64,000 nt of DNA from Trypanosoma brucei (Eukaryota). Under the pieces are notes generated by a model. It did no database searches, had not been told where the DNA came from, and saw nothing but the letters and a program-made list of their open reading frames with translations. The DNA lies in assembly GCA_000002445.1 (NCBI GenBank), contig CM000208.1, positions 2,528,001 through 2,592,000 on the forward strand. Reading direction: 5' to 3'. The position numbers were made by a program, and so were the translations under genes. Shown piece by piece: positions 49,583-60,972 of the stretch (position 1 is its first letter; each line of letters starts with the position of its first letter).

Positions 49583-50220
49583 GTTCAGCTTCTCTCGGGA
49601 TTTACACCCAAAGCAAGTACCGCGCCAGCAAACTGTGAGCCTTTATGTGTTAGCCTTATTATGTCTAAATACTAAAAACAACAAGTAGCACGTGGATGCG
49701 TGTGTAAACAATGAAAAGATCAGTGTGATTCAGTATTTGAGCATGTGACAACGACAGAGCAACGGAGCTGTGGAAATACTGCCAGGAAAGTTGAATCAGA
49801 ACCGGCCAACGAAGCTCCAAACAATCAAGGATTCTAATGAATTAAAGATGCAATAAATTAACTGTTGGTGTGAATCTGGCAATGAGGCGCTACAAAATAG
49901 CAAAAAGGAAGGCAGAAAAAAGAAAGGGAGATAATGTGCAATCAACTTACTTTATAACAACTTCTACTCCGTGCTGTACGGTTCGCAGCGGTGCAAAAAA
50001 TCGAAGATATTCTGGTGCTTTGAGCACACAGGCGGAGTTAATGTGAGGATAAGCAGTAAGCTGGCGATGGTCACTTCATTCTGCATCCATCGACCACACC
50101 TCCACCATGGGAATACGCGTTGTTTCCTCTCCTCTTCGTAAAAGTATACAATGACGTTGTAGTTTCCGATATTGCAAAGCTTTCCCACTCCATAACAAAT
50201 CTTACGGCCAACTTTTGCGA

Positions 50221-50865
50221 TCACTTTTCCCGCGGAACCTCCTCCACAATCACCTCCGCCTCCGGTATGTTTTCCCTCACTGATGCTTCTTTTCTCGCAT
50301 CCTCCTCGAACTCCACCTCTATCGCACCCTCAGTGTTGTAGTCACCAACAGTTTCCTTAGGCAACACGGGATCATCATCCTCCAATTGCTTCTCAACAAA
50401 GTCCTTTGAAAGCTTCCCTGTGCTCGGATCAAACATTAACTTGGCGCCCCTGGCAACCTTCTTTCCCTTTTCATTCTCTCCGACACCAAATGCCATCATT
50501 CCCATTTGCGGCATCCCATCCCCACGCTGAATGCTTTCCATCATCGCTTTCATGGACTCACGCACCTCCGGTGTGAGAGATTGGTTTAACTTCTGGTGCA
50601 TGTCCTGAAGCATGGCAGGGTCCATGGTGGGGCTCCCCCCTACGAAGCGGCCATCGAAGAAATCTGAGGGAGACGACGAAGATCCATTAAATGAACCTTT
50701 CTTCGCCTGCGTAAGGATCTTTGCAAGGGCATCCGCGTCAGTGGGGTAACCACCGGGCCCACCACTGAAGCCACAGCCTCCGCTGCCACATTGCCGCAAC
50801 CAAAAAGTCGATCGTAACAGAGATGATGATGTGCTCGAGAGCCGCAACCGCAACGAATTGCGCAT
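50221..50865 (-). CDS. hypothetical protein (214 aa), Arg/Ser-rich N-terminus (possible mitochondrial presequence), Met-rich central segment, acidic C-terminus
   Basis: ATG verified. MRNSLRLRLSSTSSSLLRSTFWL. The MPQMGMMAFG segment resembles STI1-like Met-rich motifs. Confidence 0.5.
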   Translation of the reverse strand: MRNSLRLRLSSTSSSLLRSTFWLRQCGSGGCGFSGGPGGYPTDADALAKILTQAKKGSFNGSSSSPSDFFDGRFVGGSPTMDPAMLQDMHQKLNQSLTPEVRESMKAMMESIQRGDGMPQMGMMAFGVGENEKGKKVARGAKLMFDPSTGKLSKDFVEKQLEDDDPVLPKETVGDYNTEGAIEVEFEEDARKEASVRENIPEAEVIVEEVPREK

Positions 50866-51196
50866 AGCGCTTCCTTTACTATGACTCTCAGAGGCTCACG
50901 TGGGGAGATAAGCAACACAAAGAATCAGAGGTGAGAAAAGGTGAGGGAACGAGCTTTGCGCATCCAATGACAAGGAAAAAAATCAAAAACTAGAAACACC
51001 TGTTCATTCACCGTCGCAGAGGCGCAAATAAGCGGGTATATACGTCGACAACTATAACCAAACGGCAGCTCCACAGCCCAATGCACAGCACTACCACGCA
51101 GGCGCCTCGGCCTAAATGATTGTCCTCCCCTCACACATCCACGGCCGCGGTGTGATACGGTGTACTGTCTCGTGTCAATGTTAGGGCCAACACAAG

Positions 51197-51227
<31 letters not shown>

Positions 51228-51247
51228 ACACAAACAAACAAACAAAC
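51197..51247. repeat. compound microsatellite (CA)13 TA (CA)n (CAAA)4
   Basis: Seen directly. It underlies the spurious track ORF 50925..51395 (CVYVCVCVCVCAC). Confidence 0.95.
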
Positions 51248-51508
51248 AGTTACCCTCTGCAATCTCCACGGGCCACTGCGCGCACCTCTCCCGCTGAGAG
51301 GGGTGGGTCAAAAAATAAAACAACAATTCACCCACGAACGATAAATCCGCCATACCGACACATGGCCTGGCACACCTCATCACCCTCGCCTGCAAGAGGG
51401 GACAGAATGAAACATAAAAGGCAAAAGTCTAGCTTCCTGCATCCCTCTGCACGCGAATCAAAGGATCTCCCAAACTATCTCCACCGTGTGCTAAGTGCTA
51501 AACGCCCA

Positions 51509-52864
51509 TCAAACAGGAGTAGGACTTGTCAACGGTACCGCAGTTGGAAATGTTTGACCTAATAGACTTCCAACATGACTCGAAACCTGTGACAGGTGGT
51601 AAACATTACACACCCCACGCCCCTCAATGACGGTTACCTGACCAACACCGCCACTCAAATCTCCCTTTTGAAGCGTTCCATAATTGGGAATCGAAGCTTG
51701 GGCCCCGCCCGCCCAAAGTGCCGGGTCAGTGCTGACCAACGCACTGCGCTCACTACTAACTGAAGAAGCGTAACGTAATTGCTCCTGTTCGGGGTACGCA
51801 GCAACGGGTAACAGGCGGCAGAACCAACGGGCTATGAAGTTTGCGTGGATGTGCTCACCGTCTGCGTCACCATCACCAAATACCTGATGAAGGTTCCCCT
51901 TGACACCGATATCAAAGGGGTTGACGGGAGGGCGAACACATATGCCTTGTTCGATCTGTGTCTGCTGGATGACGAGGTCAAGCGTCGTTAAATTCCGCCG
52001 AGCAAGTCCCCAGTGCTTCCTCAGCAACGAACCAGAAAGGATGAGAAAAATAAACGCCTCCAAAAAGCAGACGTACACTCCTAAGAACGGGGGACACACG
52101 CCGAATTCCTCAAAGAGACTCAGCTGCGCGACAGCCTGAGCGCTCACAACCAAATCTTTCGCGCGCAAGTGGGGGCGGTCCAGTGCCTCCGCCTCTGCCC
52201 AGCACTTTCTACTGTCCCAAGCCGGCATATCAACCCGGCGGTGCCTCACCTGGCCATTGACTGCCTCGTAGTGCTGCACGGCAAAAGAGCTACAGGCCAA
52301 AAGCAACAGGAGAACCACCCAAAGGGTACATAAAAATGTATAAAATATAACGAGAAGGTACAATTTGTAGTTGAAGAAGCCCACGCAGCGTCCGATCCAT
52401 GGGCAATGGTGATCGTACTTCAGTACGCAACGGCGGCATCGGCTACAGTGGTGTGCCCGCTGTGGCTTGTAGTGGGCACAAACGGGACAGTGATGTTGTG
52501 CTCCTGACACCTTGAGTGCGAGTGTGGCACTTTTGGGGGCACCCTTGTGGTATGCATACGGCACACGGCCGGGATCTGTCGTCGCCGCCGCCACATACGC
52601 CCACACAGTGAAACTGAAAAGCACTGCAGAAACTCCAAACAAACCCCAACTCCCAGCTGAAATACTAAGCAGGTGCTCTACATGCAAAGGGGTTGCAGAG
52701 GTCGGTTGCCGGATTCCCCTTATGAACGGCTGCAAAAACGCTTGTCCCAACGCATCGAGCAACCGAGGGAAAATGAACACGCAGAACGAGAAGATAGAGT
52801 ACGAAGTTAGTAAAAAAAGCGCGGGGAGAATAAAGGTTTCGGCACTGATACGCCGACCACAACA
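51509..52864 (-). CDS. DHHC-type palmitoyl acyltransferase (zDHHC-CRD)
   Basis: CPVCAHYKPQRAHHCSRCRRCVLKYDHHCPWIGRCVGFFNYKLY, flanked by TM helices. First ATG at 'cat' 52862-52864 (MCCGRRISAETF...); the track start at 52966 is TTG. Confidence 0.85.
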   Translation of the reverse strand, partial: CCGRRISAETFILPALFLLTSYSIFSFCVFIFPRLLDALGQAFLQPFIRGIRQPTSATPLHVEHLLSISAGSWGLFGVSAVLFSFTVWAYVAAATTDPGRVPYAYHKGAPKSATLALKVSGAQHHCPVCAHYKPQRAHHCSRCRRCVLKYDHHCPWIGRCVGFFNYKLYLLVIFYTFLCTLWVVLLLLLACSSFAVQHYEAVNGQVRHRRVDMPAWDSRKCWAEAEALDRPHLRAKDLVVSAQAVAQLSLFEEFGVCPPFLGVYVCFLEAFIFLILSGSLLRKHWGLARRNLTTLDLVIQQTQIEQGICVRPPVNPFDIGVKGNLHQVFGDGDADGEHIHANFIARWFCRLLPVAAYPEQEQLRYASSVSSERSALVSTDPALWAGGAQASIPNYGTLQKGDLSGGVGQVTVIEGRGVCNVYHLSQVSSHVGSLLGQTFPTAVPLTSPTPV

Positions 52865-54872
52865 CATACTACGTGTCTTCCGCGTCCTTTCCTCTGGGTG
52901 AAGGTAATAATAATGGCGATGTGGAAACGATGCGTGCCCTGCACGCCAGGGGACTGCGTCCGACAATACCTAAGCTAACTTTACCAGACGGTACCTAAAG
53001 GTATACAGGCAACAAAAAAAAAAGGAGATTGAGATATAGCGACACCCTTTATCACATGGAAATGTGTGTACGCGTGCACACTATTGCAGCACCTGCTTCC
53101 ACATTCATGCCCTTTCCGGCATCATGCCACCCCTCCTCTCACAGATTCTGTGCCAGCCGTCCGACGTTCCAAATACGTATGCAAAAAACACAGCCAAAAA
53201 TTACACCAGAGCAGTAACCGCTCCCATAAAAGAGCGAAGTCAAGTAACGACATAAAACAACGTGGATCAAAATAACCGATGAAAAGAAATCGACCCACTT
53301 AGTGTGCCCCTCTGCGCACATCTTCGGGAGTTGACCGTCCAGCATTTAGTCAGCGGTGAGCGAGTGTCAAAAAACTCGATGGAAAATTTGCTGGTCACAA
53401 AACAAGGTGGGTGCCAGGCATCAGCTGGGAAAGCATAGAGACCATCACCACTTCACAGTGTGCAGAGAGAAAAATACTTCCACGCACTTCGAATATTTCT
53501 CTTGAGACTAGCGATCAGTCCAGACAAAGCATCGGCAGGAAGCAAAAAACACTCAGCGAAACAGCGACAGAAGTAACGTTCAACCATGGCAACCAAATGT
53601 AACATCTTAATAGGATTTGAATAACTTCCAAACACCAGGACCTAACACAAGCACCAAACCTGAGGTGACGCCAACGGAGCCTGCACAAAAAAGGTGTTTA
53701 TACCACCACAATCGATCTAGTGAGGGTCGCGCAGATAACTTTGACGCTAGAAGATGATGCAAAGTACATTCTCCTTCTCCCCCGCGGCAAAGTCTACCGC
53801 GGACACAAAGCACCCTACCAGTAATGGATAACGAAGCCAACGCCTAAACCCCTCAGTTCGTTTGCAATGACGATAAACGCAAGGTGATGGCGTTCTCTGC
53901 CGCCAACTAACCACAAACCGTTACGCTTAAGGGGGTGGGCGCACACATACACACACCTCAGCCAGTGAGGTAAACGGGAAATCACTACGTGACACAACGC
54001 CAATGAGAGAAAGGGGAATAAGCCCTGAGGTACAGCTCGCCACTCGCGGTGCACTCGAGGGCGCTGACTCAACACCACACAATCTTTGAAACCGCCTCCT
54101 CCTAGACTACAGGAAAGACACCGCGCATACCGGTGGTACCAGCGCATAAATGTCCCCATATCACCAGCCACATAGTGACACGACTTTAAGGCTTGCTGAA
54201 AAATGCACCTAGCCAGCCTGACTGGGTGCTGTAATGAAAGTAACTAGGTAGCAATCTTTGCTGGAAATGAAATAGCACGCTCCTAGCAGACAGATGGAGA
54301 AAGCAAACAACATTATCCACAACATCGCAACCTTTCAACTTCCGCTCCGGCTCAGAAAAATGGTACCCTACATGCTTCGACATCAAAGGGCGAAACGATA
54401 TTCTGTGCGTGCAAACAATCGCTCGTAATCAAAATACAGGGGAAAAATCCACAGGGTCGGTCATCCGCAAATCCACAGAATGGCATTCAGCAAGTTTTTC
54501 AGCAAACGAGTTAGGTGTCCCTCTTGCGACCATTACTCCGAGCGACTCACCAACAATCTCGTGCAAACGAACTGTGGTCACTTACCTATTGGAGTGCAGA
54601 ACAAACCCAGCAAGCAAACCCATTTCCCCAACCATAGAAATTTCATAGTGCCGCATCGACGTTAAACACTGACGGAGTTGGCACTGGTTAGATGTGGAAT
54701 GTGCCCCGACTGTATTGTGTTAGTGGCTAACTGCAATTCGATGGATAATGGATTGACTTGTGGAACGGCAGCAGCATACCCCGGAGACGGCCAAGTGAAG
54801 CCCGCAACCCCACCACTGCAACAGATATGTGCGACCAAACATTTCCCCCATGCAGACTTGGTCAGCCATACA

Positions 54873-56729
54873 TCATGCAACGCGTTGCTCCCGCTTTTCT
54901 ACCCAAAGCAACGGAAGTTTACGTCCTAGCCCCTCCTTCCACACCTCGTCAAGGACGGACTCTCCGGCACGCTGCGACCCCTGTAGCCAACAATGCACGG
55001 AGTCACCAGATGCGATGTTCCTCCCTATTTCCGCCATGTCACCAACCGACACAACCCGCTGAGGAATATAAAGCGAATAATTGCCAACTCGCCTAGTTTC
55101 GTGATCAGCTTCACCCTCCGTTGGAGGAAAGGCCTGTAACCTACGACAGCTTTGATGATATCTCCCCGAAACCGTCCGGGCAATTTCCCGCTGCCTTAAT
55201 GCCATCCACAACCTAGAGAGTGGAAACCGAGACGCTATCCCCTCCAGTAGCGCAGCGGTATCAGGGTCAGGAGGTTTTGCTCCCGAATATACGTCCGATT
55301 GAAGCTGAAGCAATTGTTGCACTGTGCGATTCATACTTTGCTTCGTTACGCCACGTGGAACACCAGCCTTGGTGTTCAACGCTGCGGTGCTCTCTTCGTT
55401 CCAGCGCAAAACGCACCGCACGACGAGGCCCTCAAGTTCCCCCCTACGCCTTTTCGCACCCGCGGAACAGGGAACAACTTGATTTCCATCCTCCACTGTG
55501 GCCCACGCAGCACGGGACCAGCATGATTCATCCTTTCTTTTGGGCGCACCACCGTTTCCCAGAGGGGTATCGTCCCCACTCATGCCCACCAGGATCAAAC
55601 GGAGGGCGGACGATTCAAAATCACAAACATCCACCTGCGGAAATGGCGAACCACCTCGCACAGGCTCGTTTGTTCCCTCAGAGGGAGCACCTAGTTCCCC
55701 AGGGCGAAGACGAGGACAAAAACAATGCAAGCGGCTATTTAGGCCCTCTCTTGCTTTCTCTAGAGGGGAAAACGCATTAACCGCTACACAGTTGTCACTA
55801 ACAATGCTAACCTTTCGCGGAAGCCACACCGCCGCCAGGCGGATGGGCTCCGGAAACAGTCGCGTTCGTCTTCGGCCCTGGATGCCCAAGCAGTGCCAGC
55901 GAAGCAATTTGTCCGAACACGACATGCAGAGGTTTTGCCGACCCTTCCCCGGTTTGACACGGGCTACGAACGGCATATCGTCCACCGGCCAGCACCGGTG
56001 AGCAGCTACCCGGTGGCCATAGCAAACGGTAAAGGAGCCGGGACCATCAAACACGCGAGCGTCCACAAACTCAGGTAGGGTCTTGCCATCGCAGCGAGAT
56101 ACATGCTCCTCTCCAACGAGCAAAGGGTTGCTATCCAATCCGCCGTCGAAAAGGGAACGGCCGCTAGGCGTACTCAGGAGCACATGAGCCCCGCCGAATG
56201 GGGTAGACATCGCACCGCAGGGATACTCTGTGCACACCAAGTGCACGCTCACGCCGGGCCGAAGACGGAAACACTCCCCCACTGCATCACAACTTGCGTC
56301 ACCGCCGGAGAACTGAGGAAAACAATGGTGACGCTCAACGGCAAAATGAAGTCGGTCGTCACCCCGTGAAAGATACGCTGCTGCATCCAGAAGGAATGCC
56401 ACGAGGCCACGCCGGGCCATAACCTCCGCGTGCCCGTCTCTCAGCATCAAATCGGCCTCAACAGTAAACTCCACTGGTTTGTAACCCACACAACGCGTCC
56501 CACTTCCCAACGAGACGCACACAAAACTAGGACCACTAATTTTATCACAGGGAGAGGCGCGGGGCAGTCCTAGCACAAACCCTGCTACCACCTCCCCCCT
56601 ACCATCCAGGGCACTAATTGCACTACAGTCCCAACCAAAACCACGCGGTTGAGAACGGAGGGCTATAGCAAATGCCTCAAGAGGAGTGGCACAACCCGGG
56701 AAACAGTCGTGAGGCACATCCACATGCAT
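54873..56729 (-). CDS. ADAT1/Tad1-like tRNA adenosine deaminase (A_deamin/ADAR-type domain)
   Basis: The three Zn/catalytic motifs of ADAR/ADAT deaminases: DGHAEVMARRG (HAE), TEYPCGAMS (PCG) and KPGKGRQNLCMSCSDKLLRWHCLGIQG (SCSDK). First ATG at 'cat' 56727-56729; the track start is TTG. Confidence 0.7.
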   Translation of the reverse strand: MHVDVPHDCFPGCATPLEAFAIALRSQPRGFGWDCSAISALDGRGEVVAGFVLGLPRASPCDKISGPSFVCVSLGSGTRCVGYKPVEFTVEADLMLRDGHAEVMARRGLVAFLLDAAAYLSRGDDRLHFAVERHHCFPQFSGGDASCDAVGECFRLRPGVSVHLVCTEYPCGAMSTPFGGAHVLLSTPSGRSLFDGGLDSNPLLVGEEHVSRCDGKTLPEFVDARVFDGPGSFTVCYGHRVAAHRCWPVDDMPFVARVKPGKGRQNLCMSCSDKLLRWHCLGIQGRRRTRLFPEPIRLAAVWLPRKVSIVSDNCVAVNAFSPLEKAREGLNSRLHCFCPRLRPGELGAPSEGTNEPVRGGSPFPQVDVCDFESSALRLILVGMSGDDTPLGNGGAPKRKDESCWSRAAWATVEDGNQVVPCSAGAKRRRGELEGLVVRCVLRWNEESTAALNTKAGVPRGVTKQSMNRTVQQLLQLQSDVYSGAKPPDPDTAALLEGIASRFPLSRLWMALRQREIARTVSGRYHQSCRRLQAFPPTEGEADHETRRVGNYSLYIPQRVVSVGDMAEIGRNIASGDSVHCWLQGSQRAGESVLDEVWKEGLGRKLPLLWVEKREQRVA

Positions 56730-56813
56730 CCACTCCAAAAATAAGGCGGGGATGGACGCGACGCCACCCAGAGAAAACTACTCCTAAATCCCAACAAAAT
56801 AAGTGAAAAGGCA

Positions 56814-56831
56814 AGAGAGAGAGAGAGAGAG
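56814..56831. repeat. (AG)9 microsatellite in intergenic region
   Basis: agagagagagagagagag seen directly. Confidence 0.9.
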
Positions 56832-56993
56832 TATTACGTCAACACACGCACACACGCAAGCTGGAGTATAATATGCACATTACATGTGTCACATCAAAGT
56901 AAGACCACTGGCACCCGTTTGAAGAGTTGTAACCCCAGTTATCCCTGCTAACGGGGCACAGCTGGCAGCATCGCTTAGAAGTGGATCACACGC

Positions 56994-57995
56994 TCACTGC
57001 CCCGATTGAGGGAATAAGCGGTCAAGTAGTGTTTCCGCGAGGTATGCGGTATGTTGCTGACTCAATCGTGCATCAAGCGGCTGGCCTGACTCGAATGCAC
57101 GAAGCAGAGCCGCATCTCGCGTGGATAACATGGATGACTGCATGGTGCCCCACAGGCGGGCGTTATTTTGTGGGTTACTCTGGAGGTACTCCGACGCCTT
57201 CAACGGATCAACAGTCCACAATGCGCTGACAAAGCCCAGCAAGGGCACGATTCGAGACTCAATTAGTACTTTCTCCTCGGGTTCAAACGCAGTCCGAAGA
57301 CCATGCGTGCTACCGAGCCCCACCACGAGTGCTGAAGGTATGGAAGACTCACACTCCAGACAATGTAACACAGTCCCTACAAGTTGATGCCGAGACGGGT
57401 AAGATATGCAGAGAGGATCCAGCAGTGCGTCGCTGAAAGAAATGAGGCGCGTGGCGCCAAATGGAAAACAAGGACTTCCAAAGATGAAGAGAATATCGCT
57501 TCCTCTTAAGCCACGATGAGCCAAGAGAACACGTTCTAGTGACTCACCCACCATGACGACCGGAACACGCGGCTCGAGCAGCGCGCATCGCCGTGGGTTG
57601 TTGTGCTCACCTAGAAGCAGACGGTCACACCACACACCCATGTAATCCGACACCCTCTCAGAATCCCAAGTCTGCGCGTTTCGACACGGCCTGCGGAACC
57701 GAGAGCCACTGTGACTGCAGGTATGCCTTGCAAATGGTCCGTATTGGCGGAAAGCGTACCGCTCGCGAGTCCTTCCCTTCGCATCTCTTGCTTGAATGCG
57801 GTTTTCATCTGGGTTCTGTACGTCACTCGGGGAAGGGGCACATGTTTCTAGTATTTTCCTTGCAACAAGTCTGCCTAGAGCCCCCCGCGCCTCGCTGCCT
57901 TGCTCATCGTTTAGGGTTCCAATGCAGACAAGAAGACGCTCCACAGCGGGATTGGCAATCGACAGCCTGACCCGCAGGGCCACCGAACTTGGCAT
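56994..57995 (-). CDS. hypothetical protein (~333 aa)
   Basis: The track start is GTG. The first ATG is 2 codons in (my in-line indexing may be off by 1 nt here). No confident domain. Confidence 0.5.
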   Translation of the reverse strand: MPSSVALRVRLSIANPAVERLLVCIGTLNDEQGSEARGALGRLVARKILETCAPSPSDVQNPDENRIQARDAKGRTRERYAFRQYGPFARHTCSHSGSRFRRPCRNAQTWDSERVSDYMGVWCDRLLLGEHNNPRRCALLEPRVPVVMVGESLERVLLAHRGLRGSDILFIFGSPCFPFGATRLISFSDALLDPLCISYPSRHQLVGTVLHCLECESSIPSALVVGLGSTHGLRTAFEPEEKVLIESRIVPLLGFVSALWTVDPLKASEYLQSNPQNNARLWGTMQSSMLSTRDAALLRAFESGQPLDARLSQQHTAYLAETLLDRLFPQSGQ

Positions 57996-58433
57996 CGACA
58001 CCTTTTCCAGTTCACACTAGTGGATCAGTTTCTGCTTCAAACTAAGGAAGGGAAATAAAAAAGGGGCCGAGTACTCCCCCAAAGACAATACGGTGCGCAG
58101 GGGCGTAGACACGCATCCACGGAACCGGTAAAACACTACGTTACGAACGTCAGACACGTTTTCTTTCATTCCTCATAAGTCGTAGACAGTGATCTCTTCT
58201 GATGTTGTACTACCGTAAACACGACAGAACCTTTGTTGTTGTCGTTGACTCTGGCACGCACTCGCAGGCGAAAGAGTTCAGCCTGTGGAAAGGAACAAAA
58301 CTTACGACCTGGCTACCTCAACCCAGCGTCTCGCCTACTTATCATTTACTTCATTATTTACCCGCTTGACGCCAGTTTCCAGCGCTTGGCGGAACGGGGT
58401 GGGTATGCTACTAATATTCCCGTAAATAGGGTT

Positions 58434-59396
58434 TTACACCTTCTGACTGGCATCACCTGCCACTTCAGCGGGAGGCGCGGGCGCGCTACAATCTCCTTCC
58501 GCTATCGCCTGCTCCCGACGCTTCTTCTCCATTTCTTCCTTACGAGCACGAAGCTGTGCATCCCGGACCTCACGTATTTTTCTCCGCGTGTTCACTAATA
58601 CGGTGTCCTCCCTATCCTCCCGCAGAAAAAGAGTGGCGCCCTCCAACTCGGACGCCTGCAGTTCCGTTATGGCACGGGCAGCGTCTTCCGGGGTGACAAA
58701 TTCCACCACAGCTCTTCCCCCTGAGAAAACTTTGCAAAAGGTGACCTCCCCCGCTTGACGCAAATGATCCTTGAGTGTGTGCCAAGTAGTTTCGTCGGAA
58801 AGTCCAGACACCTGCACACGCTGACCCACCAATTTCTTAATGCCATCAATCTCCACCTCCACCGCGGTAAGGGTTAACGGATCCACACGCCGCACAGGGG
58901 GGTTGAAGCTAGGGGGGGCAGCAGTCCATGCCTCCTCGTCGACCACGTTTGGTTGGCCCCAGACGCCATCATCCGCACCACCACGACCGCGTCGGAAACC
59001 ACCACGACCACGGTTTGCCCGAGCACCGGTAGCTGCACCGCGCCACCCGGCATCGCCGTCGTTCCACGGGTTACTGAAACCATGAGCACTTCCACCCCGA
59101 CCAGAGCCCCAGCCGCCGTTGCTGCCCCCACCAGAGCCACGGCCTCCTCCACCAGAGCCCCAGCCACCGCCGCCTCCTCCACCAGAGCCCCAGCCGCCGT
59201 TGCCACCTCCGCCAGAGCCCCACCCACCGCCGCCTCCTCCACCAGAGCCCCAGCCGCCTCTTCCACCGCTGCCACCGCCACCGCTACCATTGCCTGGGCC
59301 ATCGTCGGATCCCCATCCCCCACCAGAAGAGCCACCCCCCCACCCTTGGAGAAAGGCCACCGTGGCATTCAGCACCCTAACAGGTGTGCGCTTCAT
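58434..59396 (-). CDS. RGG2: RGG2-like mitochondrial RNA-binding protein: N-terminal Gly-rich GWG/RGG repeats plus C-terminal RRM
   Basis: ATG verified. MKRTPVRVLNATVAF is presequence-like. GGWGSGGGG repeated five times. RRM-like LVGQRVQVSGLSDETTWHTLKDHLRQAGEVTFCKVFSGGRAVVEFVTPEDAARAITEL. Matches my recollection of TbRGG2 architecture and its ~320-aa size. Confidence 0.65.
   Translation of the reverse strand: MKRTPVRVLNATVAFLQGWGGGSSGGGWGSDDGPGNGSGGGGSGGRGGWGSGGGGGGGWGSGGGGNGGWGSGGGGGGGWGSGGGGRGSGGGSNGGWGSGRGGSAHGFSNPWNDGDAGWRGAATGARANRGRGGFRRGRGGADDGVWGQPNVVDEEAWTAAPPSFNPPVRRVDPLTLTAVEVEIDGIKKLVGQRVQVSGLSDETTWHTLKDHLRQAGEVTFCKVFSGGRAVVEFVTPEDAARAITELQASELEGATLFLREDREDTVLVNTRRKIREVRDAQLRARKEEMEKKRREQAIAEGDCSAPAPPAEVAGDASQKV
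59100..59300. repeat. ~39-nt periodic GC-rich repeat (ccaccagagccccagccrccgccgcctcct...) encoding the GGWGSGGGG units
   Basis: Seen directly in 4-5 tandem periods. Confidence 0.8.
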
Positions 59397-60972
59397 ATCA
59401 CTGAGTAAAAACTCAAAATAAAAAAGATGCGCGCCGCGCTTTTACAATATCCTTACTTCTAAACCCACTTCAGCAAGGATTGTATTTTTTTTAAAAAAGA
59501 GACCACATACACGAGAGAACGCATATGTATTATAATGGCGTCAACAAAGCACAAACACTCCATTTTTTCGCAGGTCTTACACTTGCACAACGTAATTCAT
59601 GATGACGAAACCACACAGACCTCCCCTGGGGAAAGCAAGACAGCAAGCAAACGAACAACAGTCGCCGCACCAACCGGTGCAGTGAGATGTACCGAAAGTA
59701 CATAACGCTCGCCTAAGTTCTTTCCTTAACCTCACACAAACGGAAAGCAAGCAAAGTCAAAAAAAATAAAAGCAGAAACCGCTACCACCACTTCGAGGGG
59801 ATTTCACTGAAACAACGCTACAGCTGAAGTTGGAGAAAGAAATTCCCCCACCTCTAGATTCCAAGCGGCTGCTGCGACGCTAACAAAAACGTGTGAGGAC
59901 GGGGAAGAGACAACACCCGACAACTCCATGTTCCTGGTGGGTTACACATAACAAAGCGGTGGTTGAAATGAGGGTGACAGTGCCTATTAGTCTAAAGAAC
60001 CACAGCTGCAGCTCAGAAACAGCTGCGAGGCCTCAGCCAAGTGGAGCACATCCTGCCTGTAACCCAGGCTCCTACCTGACTCAGGTCACAGCGAAAACAG
60101 GCACCGAAAAGGCGACAACCGCGGGGACACCCACACCCAAACTCACATAGGCGGAGCAATCGCGAGCAATAAGTTAATACACGCCGCATGCAGCACAAAC
60201 CCAGCAGCTAGCCGTATTCGGCTCACTAAACGCGAATAAAAAATGGAAGTGTCCAGATGTGCCCACAAAACATCACTTGTTGAAGCAGGGAGTTCATTTG
60301 ATAGAAAATCCATGGATGCAGTTCTCAGCTGAAAGAACATGTTGGCAGCCACCCGAGGTAGCGTCTCACACACAATACGCCTCCACTCACCGTGCAGTAC
60401 CCTTCCACAGAAATAAATGGGGATATGACAAAATTTGAGGGAACAACATGATACACCACCGCCCACTTCATATACCGTCTTTTTCTTGTGCAAGAACGCA
60501 TATGCACAGACATATGGCGGTAGAACCGCGGGGCACACGGGGAAACTAACCATATGGTATATGCAAACAAGCGCACAAAGGTAACTTGAAAACTACATCT
60601 CAAAAAACATGCCCAGCAAAGGACCAACCAGCGCTAAGGGGCAATCGCACAATCATCGCATATTTGGACAATAATTAGGGTAAAGCGCCTGAACAAGTGT
60701 AAGACCAGCACGTACACCCTCCGCGTGGCACTCACTGCAGCTGAAAAGACTGAAGTGTAGGAAGACAGGGAAGAAACACCTTTCTTACAACAGCCCTCAC
60801 CATCTGCAGGGATAGAAGCTACACCGTATCTCCTCTACGTGTGGCAGAAACAGATTAAGTTGCTAGTAGCCATAGCAAGTAAAAAGACGTAACAGCAGCC
60901 ACAAAACGTTATGAGTGCCCGGACATCTGCAAACTTCACAGGCAATATGTTTCAACAGAACAGCATGTATGA

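Noticed and set aside
50925-51395. 156-aa minus-strand ORF
   Set aside because: It contains the (CA)n/(CAAA)n microsatellite translated as CVYVCVCVCVCAC, so it is an artefact.
60143-60627. 136-aa and 100-aa minus-strand ORFs between the RING-protein and RGG2-like genes
   Set aside because: They have no recognisable features or processing context and overlap each other. A small unannotated gene cannot be fully excluded.
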